64,000 nt of DNA. Origin: a phage. Positions 11,435 to 23,145 of this stretch are shown here, one piece after another. The notes beneath the pieces were generated by a model. The model made no database searches. It was not told the DNA's origin and saw only the letters and a list, made by a program, of their open reading frames with translations. The translations under genes were made by a program, and so were the position numbers. Numbering within the stretch: the first letter of the stretch is position 1; every line of letters begins with the position of its first letter. The DNA lies in sequence record PQ724392.1; one strand, written 5' to 3'.

Positions 11435-12306
11435 TTGTTTGGGCATTTTTATAATTCGTCTCTGCGTCGCTATATCGTTTTAATGGGCGATTTATTTTCC
11501 CATGTACAAGTGGCCAGAACCAGAGAAGACACTGGACTTAAATATATTAAGGTCCCTATTTCTTATGCTTCAAAAGAAAAATTCATGATGCAGCTTGGAA
11601 AATGGACCGCTATTCAGAATACACCGACTCCTGACATGTCACCACAAGAACGTGCTGCTCAGAAGGCTAAAATCGAGACCGTATTGCCCCGTATGAACCT
11701 ACATATGGTTGACTTGATGTATAACGGGCAATATAAAACGGCTCTCCAGAATCACACACAGGCGCGATTTGCTAATAACGACCCTCGCAAGCAGATATCT
11801 CAATATTCTCCTGTGCCGGTCAAAATGATTTTCGAGCTTGGAATATATACAAGGCATCAAGATGATATGTTCCAGATTATCGAACAAATCATGCCTTACT
11901 TCCAACCACATTTTAATACAACTATCACCGAACTTTACACGAATGAAATTACATTCGAACGTGATATAAGAATCGTATTGCAGTCAATTGCTATGGATGA
12001 GCAAATTGAAGGTGATGCAATGACTCGTCGTAGACTCGAATGGTCCATTATGTTCGAAGTTAACGGTTGGTTATATCCACCGGTCAAGGAAGTAGCCGGG
12101 GAAATCCGTACTATCTATCTTGACTTCTTTGCAAATTCCAGAGAGCTTGCACCGGAGGGCAATTTCGAATCTGTTGACTCGGAAGCTGTTCCACGAGACG
12201 TCGACCAAGAAGACTGGCAAGGTGAATCTGTTCAAACATATTCGCAGGATATTCCTGTACCGGTTGACCCAGCACCGCCAGCCCCAAGAAAAAATAGGGT
12301 ACCACT

Positions 12307-12310
<4 letters not shown>
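11435..12310 (+). CDS. 15: Tail sheath stabilizer / tail completion protein gp15; apparent TTG start
   Basis: N-terminus [13 protein letters not shown]...MGDLFS matches T4 gp15; first codon at 11435 is TTG, 5 nt after a GGAGG Shine-Dalgarno. Confidence 0.75.
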
Positions 12311-14617
<2,307 letters not shown>

Positions 14618-14646
14618 AAGTAAAGCAAACTATTAGAGGACTCAAA

Positions 14647-16626
14647 ATGGCTTTATTATCCCCGGGCATTGAGCTCAAAGAAACAACGGTACAAAGCACT
14701 GTTGTTCGTAACGCGACGGGTCGTGCGGCGCTGGTTGGTAAATTCCAGTGGGGCCCAGCTTTCCAGGTAACTCAAATTACAAACGAAGTTGAACTTGTTG
14801 ATTTGTTTGGTGGTCCGAATAATGAAACAGCAGATTACTTTATGAGTGGGATGAACTTCCTGCAATATGGTAACGACCTCCGTACTGTACGTGTTGTTAA
14901 CCGTGACGAAGCTAAAAACGCATCCCCTATTGCTGGCAATATTGAAACTACCATCGTAACTGCTGGTACAAACTATGCTGTCGGTGATGTTATTCAGGTT
15001 AAACACAACCAGACTGTTGTTGAACCGGCTGGCCGTGTGACCAAGGTCGATGTTGATGGTAAAATTCAGGCAATCTTTATTCCTACCGATAAGATTATTG
15101 CATTTGCCAAAACTATTAACCAGTATCCTAATTTAGGTAGTGCATGGACTGCGGAAGTTACAACCACTTCTTCTGGCGTATCTGGTACCATCACCGTTGG
15201 GAAAATTGTTACCGATTCTGGAATTCTGTTGACTGAAGCAGAAAATAGTGAAGAAGCAATTACTTCTCTGGAATTCCAGGCATCATTAGCAAAATATGCA
15301 ATGCCAGGTGTTGTTGCTCTTTATCCAGGTGAAATCGGTTCGACTCTGGAAGTTGAAATCGTATCTAAAGCTGAATTTGAAAAAGGCGCAGCTGCAAATC
15401 TGAATATTTTCCCGGGCGGCGGAACGCGTGCTTCTGTGGCTCGTGCCGTGTTTAACTATGGCCCTCAGTCTGAAAACCAATATGCAATTATCGTTCGCCG
15501 CGATGGTGCAATCGTCGAAAACGTTGTTTTGTCTACCAAGCAGGGCGAAAAAGATGTTTACGGTAATAACATTTATCTGGATGACTACTTTGCAAAAGGT
15601 ACTTCCAACTACATCTATGCAACATCTCGCAACTGGCCTGTAGGCTTCAGTGGTATCATCAATCTGTCTGGTGGTATTTCTGCAAACGATAAGATTACCG
15701 CTGGTGATTTGATGCAAGGTTGGGACCTGTTTGCTGACCGTGAAGCACTGCATATTAACCTGCTTATCGCTGGTGCAGTAGCTGGTGAAGGTGATGCAAC
15801 CGCTTCCACTGTTCAGAAACACGTGGTTTCTATTGCTGACGAACGTCAGGATTGTCTGGCATTTATTTCCCCACCGAAAGGTCTGTTGGTTAACGTTCCT
15901 CTGACCCGTGCAGTGGATAACCTGATTGACTGGCGTACAGGTGCTGGCGCATTTGATACTGATAACATGAATATCAGCACGACTTATGCAGCGATTGATG
16001 GCAACTATAAATATCAGTATGATAAATATAATGACGTTAACCGTTGGGTTCCTCTGGCAGCTGATATGGCTGGTCTGTGTGCTCGTACTGATGATGTTTC
16101 TCAGCCTTGGATGTCTCCGGCTGGTTATAACCGCGGTCAGATTCTGAACGTTCTGAAATTGGCTGTTGAACCACGTCAGACCCAACGTGACCGCATGTAT
16201 CAAGAAGCTATCAACCCGGTTGTTGGTTTCGCAGGTGGTGATGGTTTTGTTCTGTATGGTGATAAGACTGCAACTAAAGTTCCATCTCCGATGGACCATA
16301 TTAACGTTCGTCGTCTTACGAATATGCTGAAGAAAAATATCGGTGATGCATCCAAATATAAACTGTTTGAGCTTAACGATAACTTCACTCGTGCATCATT
16401 CCGTATGGAAACTTCTCAATACTTGGATGGTATTCGTGCACTTGGTGGCATTTATGAAGGTCGTGTAGTTTGTGATACTACTAACAACACCCCGTCGGTC
16501 ATAGACCGAAATGAGTTTGTTGCTAGCATTTATTTTAAACCTGCGCGCAGCATCAACTACATCACTCTTAATTTCGTAGCCACTAGCACTGGTGCTGATT
16601 TTGATGAGCTGATTGGGCCACAATAA
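14647..16626 (+). CDS. 18: Tail sheath protein gp18
   Basis: 659 aa, same as T4 gp18; late promoter at 14610-14617. Confidence 0.9.
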   Translation: MALLSPGIELKETTVQSTVVRNATGRAALVGKFQWGPAFQVTQITNEVELVDLFGGPNNETADYFMSGMNFLQYGNDLRTVRVVNRDEAKNASPIAGNIETTIVTAGTNYAVGDVIQVKHNQTVVEPAGRVTKVDVDGKIQAIFIPTDKIIAFAKTINQYPNLGSAWTAEVTTTSSGVSGTITVGKIVTDSGILLTEAENSEEAITSLEFQASLAKYAMPGVVALYPGEIGSTLEVEIVSKAEFEKGAAANLNIFPGGGTRASVARAVFNYGPQSENQYAIIVRRDGAIVENVVLSTKQGEKDVYGNNIYLDDYFAKGTSNYIYATSRNWPVGFSGIINLSGGISANDKITAGDLMQGWDLFADREALHINLLIAGAVAGEGDATASTVQKHVVSIADERQDCLAFISPPKGLLVNVPLTRAVDNLIDWRTGAGAFDTDNMNISTTYAAIDGNYKYQYDKYNDVNRWVPLAADMAGLCARTDDVSQPWMSPAGYNRGQILNVLKLAVEPRQTQRDRMYQEAINPVVGFAGGDGFVLYGDKTATKVPSPMDHINVRRLTNMLKKNIGDASKYKLFELNDNFTRASFRMETSQYLDGIRALGGIYEGRVVCDTTNNTPSVIDRNEFVASIYFKPARSINYITLNFVATSTGADFDELIGPQ

Positions 16627-16770
16627 TTATCATCGCTTAGAATGAATTAATCAGTTAGAAACCGTAGAACCATTATACAGTGGTATAAATAAAAGCATAA
16701 TCGGTTCTACGGGCTCCTGTGGTTGATTCTGGGAAGCCATTATCTTGAGATGATGAATCATATTACCTAG

Positions 16771-16778
16771 TATAAATA
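16771..16778 (+). promoter_or_regulatory. T4-type late promoter for gp19
   Basis: Exact TATAAATA about 53 nt upstream of the gp19 ATG; a second TATAAATA lies at 16684-16691. Confidence 0.55.
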
Positions 16779-16830
16779 CATGCATCAGGGACGCGTTCGC
16801 GCGACCTGTGTCTATAAAGAGGATTCCTTA

Positions 16831-17322
16831 ATGGAGTTGACCGATATCACACGCGCTTTCGAATCCGGCGACTTTGCTCGCCCTAACCTGTTCGAAGTCG
16901 AAATCCCATTCCTGGGTAAAAACTTTGCTTTCCATTGTAAAGCAGCCCCGATGCCAGCAGGCATTGTAGAAAAAGTTCCTGTCGGTTACATGAACCGTAA
17001 AATCAACGTTGCGGGCGACCGTACATTTGATGACTGGACTATTACGATTTATAACGACGATGCTCATAAAGTTCGTCAAGCAATTGTTGATTGGCAAAAC
17101 CTGTGTCACGGTATGACTAACGAAATCACCGGTGCAGCTCCTGCTGATTATAAGAAAACCGCTACTGTCCGCCAGTTCCATCGTGATGGCAAGACCGTTA
17201 CGAAAGAAGTTGTTATTACCGGCATGTGGCCAACCAACGTTGGGGAAGTCCAGATGGATTGGGACAGTAACAACGAAATTGAAACGTTCGAAGCAACGTT
17301 CGCAATTGACTGGTGGGAATAA
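16831..17322 (+). CDS. 19: Tail tube protein gp19
   Basis: Start moved to the internal ATG at 16831 (AAAGAGGA Shine-Dalgarno), giving 163 aa, same as T4; sequence closely matches T4 gp19 (TRAFESGDFARPNLF...). Confidence 0.9.
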   Translation: MELTDITRAFESGDFARPNLFEVEIPFLGKNFAFHCKAAPMPAGIVEKVPVGYMNRKINVAGDRTFDDWTITIYNDDAHKVRQAIVDWQNLCHGMTNEITGAAPADYKKTATVRQFHRDGKTVTKEVVITGMWPTNVGEVQMDWDSNNEIETFEATFAIDWWE

Positions 17323-17323
17323 G

Positions 17324-17331
17324 TATAAATA
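17324..17331 (+). promoter_or_regulatory. T4-type late promoter for gp20
   Basis: Exact TATAAATA about 50 nt upstream of the gp20 ATG. Confidence 0.55.
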
Positions 17332-17379
17332 AAGTTATTATGAGGCTTCGGCCTCATTTCCCAAACTTCGGAGACTCTA

Positions 17380-18954
17380 ATGGCAGGTTTTAACACAATA
17401 CTAAATTTTCTTAAGCCTTGGGCTAAAGAAGATGAACAAGAATATAAGCAACAAGAAAAAAATAATTTAGAGTCAATGACCGGGCCGAAGTTTGACGATG
17501 GGGCTCGCGAAATTGAGTCACAAGAACAAAACGTCCCGTATAATGCATTGATGCAACAGATGTTCGGGAGTAATGAACCTGAAGTAAAAAATACCAGGGA
17601 ATTAATTGACACATACCGCAACTTACTAAATAATTATGAAGTTGATAACGCGGTGCAAGAAATTGTGTCTGATGCTATCGTTTTTGAAGACGGTAAAGAT
17701 GTTGTAGCTCTTAACCTTGATGCTACCGAATTTAGTCAGAAAATTAAAGACCGAATCCTCGAAGAATTCACGGAAGTTAATAACCTCCTTAATTTCGAGC
17801 GCAAAGGTTCTGACCACTTTAAACGTTGGTATGTGGATTCTCGAATTTTCTTCCACAAAATTATCAACCCAGCAAAACTTAAAGATGGGGTCCAAGAACT
17901 TCGTCGCCTTGACCCAAGACAAATCCAGTTCATCCGTGAAATCGTTACACGCATGGAAAATGGTACAAAAATTGTCGACGGTTACAGAGAATATTTTGTA
18001 TACGATACTGGCCATGAAAGTTATTGTGCCGATGGTCGTATATATGAAGCAGGTACTAAAATAAAAATTCCTCGTGCGGCGATTGTATATGCGCATTCTG
18101 GATTACTCGATTGTTGTGGCAAGAATATCATCGGATACTTGCAACGAGCAATTAAACCTGCAAACCAATTAAAACTATTAGAAGATGCTTTAGTCATTTA
18201 TCGTATAACTCGTGCACCAGACCGCCGAGTCTTTTATATCGATACCGGGAATATGCCGTCTCGTAAAGCAGCAGCACATATGCAACATATTATGAATACG
18301 ATGAAAAACCGTGTCGTATATGATGCAACCACGGGTAAAATCAAAAACCAACAGCACAACATGTCTATGACAGAAGACTATTGGTTGCAACGCCGTGATG
18401 GTAAAGCTGTCACCGAAGTTGACACTCTCCCGGGTGCGCAAGGCATGTCGGATATGGACGATGTTCGCTGGTTTAAGAACAACCTATATCAGGCTCTCCG
18501 AATTCCATTATCTCGTATCCCTAATGACCAAAACAGCGGCGTTATGTTTGATGCGGGCGCGACAATTACTCGCGATGAATTGAATTTCTCTAAATGGATT
18601 AGGCAGCTACAGAATAAATTTGAAGAAGTTTTCCTCGACCCGCTTAAAACCAACCTTATCCTGAAAAAAATTATTTCAGAAGAGGAATGGGAAAAGGAAC
18701 TAAATAATATTAAAGTTACGTTCAACCGTGATAGCTATTTCACCGAAATGAAAGACGCAGAAATCATGGAACGCAGAATCAATATGCTAACGATGGCTGA
18801 ACCGTTTATCGGTAAATATATTTCGCATCAAACGGCTATGAAGGACTTCCTCCAGATGTCTGATGAAGAAATTAATCAAGAAGCTAAGCAAATTGAATTG
18901 GAGTCCAAAGAGGCTCGTTTCCAAAACCCTGAAGAAGAAGAAGAGGATTTCTAA
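17380..18954 (+). CDS. 20: Portal vertex protein gp20
   Basis: 524 aa, same as T4 gp20; late promoter at 17324-17331; acidic C-terminus. Confidence 0.9.
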   Translation: MAGFNTILNFLKPWAKEDEQEYKQQEKNNLESMTGPKFDDGAREIESQEQNVPYNALMQQMFGSNEPEVKNTRELIDTYRNLLNNYEVDNAVQEIVSDAIVFEDGKDVVALNLDATEFSQKIKDRILEEFTEVNNLLNFERKGSDHFKRWYVDSRIFFHKIINPAKLKDGVQELRRLDPRQIQFIREIVTRMENGTKIVDGYREYFVYDTGHESYCADGRIYEAGTKIKIPRAAIVYAHSGLLDCCGKNIIGYLQRAIKPANQLKLLEDALVIYRITRAPDRRVFYIDTGNMPSRKAAAHMQHIMNTMKNRVVYDATTGKIKNQQHNMSMTEDYWLQRRDGKAVTEVDTLPGAQGMSDMDDVRWFKNNLYQALRIPLSRIPNDQNSGVMFDAGATITRDELNFSKWIRQLQNKFEEVFLDPLKTNLILKKIISEEEWEKELNNIKVTFNRDSYFTEMKDAEIMERRINMLTMAEPFIGKYISHQTAMKDFLQMSDEEINQEAKQIELESKEARFQNPEEEEEDF

Positions 18955-19205
18955 TGGATGATTTATTTGAAGCCATTAAATCAAACGACCTCGTAGCCGT
19001 TCGCAAATATTTTGCTGAAAACATTGGCCCAGTATGCGGTAGTTTGATTGAAGAACGTAAGATTGAAATTGCACGTTCCATCATGATTGAAGGCGAAGAG
19101 CCTAAAGAAGATGATGAAGACGGTAAAGCAGAAAAGAAAGACAAAAAAGAATCTGATGACGCTGACGAAGGCGACGATGATGAAGATGATGAGGACGATG
19201 AATAA
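18954..19205 (+). CDS. 67: Prohead core protein gp67
   Basis: 83 aa with a poly-acidic C-terminal tail; position between portal and gp68; TAATG coupling. Confidence 0.65.
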   Translation: MDDLFEAIKSNDLVAVRKYFAENIGPVCGSLIEERKIEIARSIMIEGEEPKEDDEDGKAEKKDKKESDDADEGDDDEDDEDDE

Positions 19206-19633
19206 TGTTTATTATCCCTGATGATTACGAATTAACTCTTGAAAACATTGAAAGTGTTTCCGAAGAAGCTCAGGGACAATTTGATTCATTATCTGAAGCC
19301 TTAGAAAAAGACGATATAAATATTATTGTAGAAAACATGTTTGCAGCCGGTGAATATGAAAAAGCAACGGTTATCGGTGCGCTGAATGAAGGTGTTCAGC
19401 TTAACGAATTTATCGTTAAACATGTATCGTCTCGCGGTGAGTTAACCCGCACAAAAGACCTAGCTACTCGTAAGCGTAATGCTTTCCAAACAACTGGTCT
19501 TTCTAAAGCTAAACGTCGTCAAATTGCCCGTCTGGCTACTAAAACAAAAAGAGCAAACCCATCTACGCAAATCAGAGCAGAGCGCAAGCGCAAAAAAGCT
19601 CGAGCTAAGCGTAAAGCATTCGGACTTGATTAA
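19205..19633 (+). CDS. 68: Prohead core protein gp68
   Basis: 142 aa (T4 141 aa); basic C-terminus; position before the prohead protease. Confidence 0.65.
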   Translation: MFIIPDDYELTLENIESVSEEAQGQFDSLSEALEKDDINIIVENMFAAGEYEKATVIGALNEGVQLNEFIVKHVSSRGELTRTKDLATRKRNAFQTTGLSKAKRRQIARLATKTKRANPSTQIRAERKRKKARAKRKAFGLD

Positions 19634-20271
19634 TGGAACAGAAACCAGAGTTACTAATCGAACACTGGGGTCAACCGGGCGAAATTAAAGATGGCGTACC
19701 GATGTTGGAATCTCATGATGGTTCCAGCACCGGTTTAAAGCCAGGACTTTATATTGAAGGTATTTTCCTACAAGCTGAAGTTGTTAACCGTAATAAACGA
19801 CTTTATCCTAAACATATTTTGGAAAAAGCCGTTGCTGATTATATGACAGAACAGGTTGCTACTAAACAAGCTTTAGGAGAATTAAATCATCCGCCCCGTG
19901 CTAACGTCGACCCTATGCAAGCCGCTATTATTATTGAAGATATGTGGTGGAAAGGTAATGATGTATATGGCCGCGCACGTATTATCGAAGGCGACCATGG
20001 CCCAGGTGATAAACTTGCTGCAAATATAAGAGCAGGTTGGATTCCAGGTGTATCTAGTCGTGGACTTGGTTCCTTGACTAAATCAGCAAAAGGTTATAGC
20101 ATCGTTAATGAAGGTTTTAAATTGACGGTTGGAGTAGACGCAGTATGGGGGCCAAGTGCTCCGGACGCTTGGGTCAAACCAAAGCAGATTACAGAATCAC
20201 AAACGGCAGTTGCCGATACCAGTGCCGATGACGCCTTTATGGCTCTCGCAGAGGCTTTAAAGACGTTATAA
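19633..20271 (+). CDS. 21: Prohead core protease gp21
   Basis: 212 aa, same as T4 gp21; position between gp68 and gp22. Confidence 0.85.
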   Translation: MEQKPELLIEHWGQPGEIKDGVPMLESHDGSSTGLKPGLYIEGIFLQAEVVNRNKRLYPKHILEKAVADYMTEQVATKQALGELNHPPRANVDPMQAAIIIEDMWWKGNDVYGRARIIEGDHGPGDKLAANIRAGWIPGVSSRGLGSLTKSAKGYSIVNEGFKLTVGVDAVWGPSAPDAWVKPKQITESQTAVADTSADDAFMALAEALKTL

Positions 20272-20274
20272 ATA
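20267..20274 (+). promoter_or_regulatory. T4-type late promoter for gp22/gp23
   Basis: Exact TATAAATA overlapping the gp21 stop, 30 nt upstream of gp22. Confidence 0.6.
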
Positions 20275-20303
20275 AATGTATATCTTAACAACAGGACTAC
20301 AAA

Positions 20304-21122
20304 ATGCTTAAAGAACAACTCATTTCTGAAGCTCAGAATATCGATGCTTCCGTTGCTCTCGATAGTATTTTCGAATCAGTTAATTTGTCCCCGGAAGCGA
20401 AAGCTACCTTCGGCACTGTATTCGAAGCTACTGTCAAGCAACACGCCATCAAACTGGCAGAATCTCACATTCACGCCATCGCTGAAAAAGCTGAAGAAGA
20501 AGTCGAAAAGAATAAAGAAGAAGCCGACGAAAAAGCAGAGAAAAAACTGAAAGAATCTGCAGCTAAATTCCTGGACCACGTTGCTAAAGAATGGCTCGCT
20601 GAAAATAAACTGGCTGTCGACCGTGGCATTAAAGCTGACCTGTTCGAATCCATGTTCACCGGCATGAAAGAACTGTTCGTTGAGCACAACGTTGTTGTTC
20701 CAGAAGAATCTGTCGATGTTGTTGCAGAAATGCAGGAAGAACTGGCTGAACAGAAAGAAGAAACCGCTAATCTGTTCGAAGAAGTTGCTAAGCGTGATGC
20801 TTATATCAATTATGTCCAACGTGAAGTTGCGTTGACTGAAGCGACTAAAGACCTGACTGAATCTCAAAAAGAAAAAGTTGGTTCTCTGGTAGAAGGCATG
20901 GAATACTCTGATGCATTCGGTACCAAAATTGGCGCTATCGTTGAAATGGTTAAAGGTCAGGTAGAAGCCACCAACAAACCAATCACCGAAGCCGCTATAA
21001 ATAAAAATGTAGACGATGCTGCGGCACTGAATTACATTTCAGAAGCAGTTGAAGAAAAAGGCACCAAGCCTACCCTGTCCTTTGCGGACTTGTCTGCTCT
21101 CGCAGCATCACGAATTTCTTAA
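20304..21122 (+). CDS. 22: Prohead core scaffold protein gp22
   Basis: 272 aa (T4 269 aa); highly charged K/E-rich helical composition; late promoter at 20267-20274. Confidence 0.85.
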   Translation: MLKEQLISEAQNIDASVALDSIFESVNLSPEAKATFGTVFEATVKQHAIKLAESHIHAIAEKAEEEVEKNKEEADEKAEKKLKESAAKFLDHVAKEWLAENKLAVDRGIKADLFESMFTGMKELFVEHNVVVPEESVDVVAEMQEELAEQKEETANLFEEVAKRDAYINYVQREVALTEATKDLTESQKEKVGSLVEGMEYSDAFGTKIGAIVEMVKGQVEATNKPITEAAINKNVDDAAALNYISEAVEEKGTKPTLSFADLSALAASRIS

Positions 21123-21143
21123 TTTAATAAGGTTATACAACAC

Positions 21144-22703
21144 ATGAAAAAGAATGCATTAGTTCAAAAATGGTCCGCTCTGTTGGAAAACGAAGCTCTT
21201 CCGGAAATCGTTGGTGCTTCCAAACAAGCTATCATCGCTAAAATCTTTGAAAACCAGGAACAAGATATTCTGACCGCTCCTGAATACCGTGACGAAAAAA
21301 TCTCCGAAGCATTTGGTTCTTTCCTGACCGAAGCTGAAATCGGTGGTGACCATGGTTATGATGCTACCAATATCGCTGCTGGCCAGACCTCTGGTGCAGT
21401 AACTCAGATTGGGCCGGCAGTTATGGGCATGGTTCGTCGTGCTATCCCGCATCTGATTGCGTTTGATATTTGTGGCGTACAGCCTCTGAACAACCCGACT
21501 GGCCAGGTATTTGCCCTGCGTGCAGTTTACGGTAAAGACCCTGTAGCTGCAGGTGCTAAAGAAGCTTTCCATCCGATGTATGCTCCGAACGCTATGTTCT
21601 CTGGTCAGGGCGCTGCTCAGACTTTTGAAGCACTGGCTGCAGGTAAAGTTCTGGAAGTTGGTAAAATTTATTCTCACTTCTTCGAAGCAACTGGTTCCGC
21701 ACACTTCCAGGCTGTTGAAGCTGTAACCGTTGATGCTGGCGCTACTGATGCTGCTAAACTGGATGCTGAAGTTACCAAACTGCTCGAAGCTGGTCAGCTG
21801 GCTGAACTGGCTGAAGGTATGGCTACCTCCATCGCCGAACTGCAAGAAGGTTTTAACGGTTCCTCTGATAACCCGTGGAACGAAATGGGCTTCCGTATTG
21901 ACAAACAAGTTATCGAAGCTAAATCTCGTCAGCTGAAAGCAAGCTACTCTATCGAACTGGCACAGGACCTGCGCGCTGTTCATGGTATGGATGCTGATGC
22001 CGAATTGAGTGGTATTCTGGCTACCGAAATTATGCTGGAAATCAACCGCGAAGTTATTGATTGGATTAACTACTCCGCACAGGTTGGTAAATCTGGTATG
22101 ACCAACACCGTTGGCGCTAAAGCTGGTGTGTTTGACTTCCAGGACCCGATTGATATCCGTGGTGCTCGTTGGGCTGGTGAAAGCTTCAAAGCTTTACTGT
22201 TCCAGATTGATAAAGAAGCCGCTGAAATCGCTCGTCAGACCGGTCGTGGTGCAGGTAACTTCATCATCGCTTCCCGTAACGTAGTTAACGTACTGGCTGC
22301 TGTTGATACTTCTGTTAGTTATGCTGCTCAGGGTCTGGGTAAAGGTTTCAACGTTGACACCACTAAAGCTGTGTTCGCTGGTGTTCTGGGTGGCAAATAC
22401 CGTGTCTATATCGACCAGTATGCTCGTGCAGATTACTTCACCATCGGTTACAAAGGCGCTAACGAAATGGATGCTGGTATCTACTACGCACCATATGTTG
22501 CACTGACCCCGCTGCGTGGCTCTGACCCGAAAAACTTCCAGCCGGTTATGGGCTTCAAAACCCGTTACGGTATCGGTATCAACCCGTTTGCTGACCCTGC
22601 TGCTCAGGCTCCGACCAAGCGCATTCAGAACGGCATGCCGGATATCGTTAACAGCCTTGGCTTGAACGGTTACTTCCGCCGCGTATATGTTAAAGGAATT
22701 TAA
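21144..22703 (+). CDS. 23: Major capsid protein gp23
   Basis: 519 aa (T4 521 aa); codon usage typical of a highly expressed gene; strong terminator follows. Confidence 0.95.
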   Translation: MKKNALVQKWSALLENEALPEIVGASKQAIIAKIFENQEQDILTAPEYRDEKISEAFGSFLTEAEIGGDHGYDATNIAAGQTSGAVTQIGPAVMGMVRRAIPHLIAFDICGVQPLNNPTGQVFALRAVYGKDPVAAGAKEAFHPMYAPNAMFSGQGAAQTFEALAAGKVLEVGKIYSHFFEATGSAHFQAVEAVTVDAGATDAAKLDAEVTKLLEAGQLAELAEGMATSIAELQEGFNGSSDNPWNEMGFRIDKQVIEAKSRQLKASYSIELAQDLRAVHGMDADAELSGILATEIMLEINREVIDWINYSAQVGKSGMTNTVGAKAGVFDFQDPIDIRGARWAGESFKALLFQIDKEAAEIARQTGRGAGNFIIASRNVVNVLAAVDTSVSYAAQGLGKGFNVDTTKAVFAGVLGGKYRVYIDQYARADYFTIGYKGANEMDAGIYYAPYVALTPLRGSDPKNFQPVMGFKTRYGIGINPFADPAAQAPTKRIQNGMPDIVNSLGLNGYFRRVYVKGI

Positions 22704-22726
22704 TCCTAGATTAAGTTAAATAAAAA

Positions 22727-22754
22727 GGGACCCTTGAGGTCCCTTTCTTGTTTT
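22727..22754. terminator. Bidirectional terminator between gp23 and the convergent 93-aa ORF
   Basis: GGGACCCTTGAGGTCCC hairpin flanked by an A-run upstream and a T-run downstream. Confidence 0.7.
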
Positions 22755-23035
22755 CATACCATACCATTTAAATGAACTTCTACCCGGCGCTTGATGAGGT
22801 CTCTGAAGTTAACATTGTTTTCTTGAAGTTTCAACCAGTTACCATTTTTATCTTTAGTGTGAGTAGAATAATTACCATTCCACCAGAAATCAGTGTCATA
22901 TGCTAAGTTTTCATATTTTTTAACTAGTTTGTTCAGAGCATTGCCATTAACACCATTTGGGTATTTGTTGACCAATGCAATAACTTCAATTTCCAATTTT
23001 TTAAAGGTATTCAGAAGGAAAGTTGCTTTGTTCAT
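22754..23035 (-). CDS. Hypothetical protein (93 aa) inserted between gp23 and gp24; cargo of a PeSL-like early-promoter cassette
   Basis: ORF with ATG start, preceded by the conserved TGTACA-N17-CATAAT promoter and the CCATACTGAGTTAACA...GGAG leader; ends at the bidirectional gp23 terminator. Confidence 0.5.
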   Translation of the reverse strand: MNKATFLLNTFKKLEIEVIALVNKYPNGVNGNALNKLVKKYENLAYDTDFWWNGNYSTHTKDKNGNWLKLQENNVNFRDLIKRRVEVHLNGMV

Positions 23036-23075
23036 TTTAGACTCCAGGTTTTGTTTGTTAACTCAGTATGGAATC

Positions 23076-23104
23076 ATTATGTCTTATCTTAATCTGGTTG
23101 TAAA
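23076..23104 (-). promoter_or_regulatory. PeSL-like early promoter (sigma70-type) upstream of ORF 22754-23035
   Basis: On the - strand: TTTACA-N17-CATAAT followed by the conserved leader GATTCCATACTGAGTTAACA...GGAG. Confidence 0.55.
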
Positions 23105-23111
23105 CAACTTT

Positions 23112-23119
23112 TATAAATA
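23112..23119 (+). promoter_or_regulatory. T4-type late promoter for gp24
   Basis: Exact TATAAATA 27 nt upstream of the gp24 ATG. Confidence 0.6.
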
Positions 23120-23145
23120 AAGTATATCACAAAAGGAAAGCGCAA

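Noticed and set aside
15286-16299. 337-aa ORF antisense to the gp18 tail sheath gene
   Set aside because: Lies entirely inside the strongly supported gp18 frame on the opposite strand, with low-complexity Cys/Thr-rich composition and no start signals. It is an antisense artefact of a long, biased coding sequence. The same applies to 21159-21983 (antisense to gp23), 20376-20867 (antisense to gp22), 28837-29292 (antisense to inh), 31311-31799, 40910-41359 and the other short ORFs nested in opposite-strand genes.
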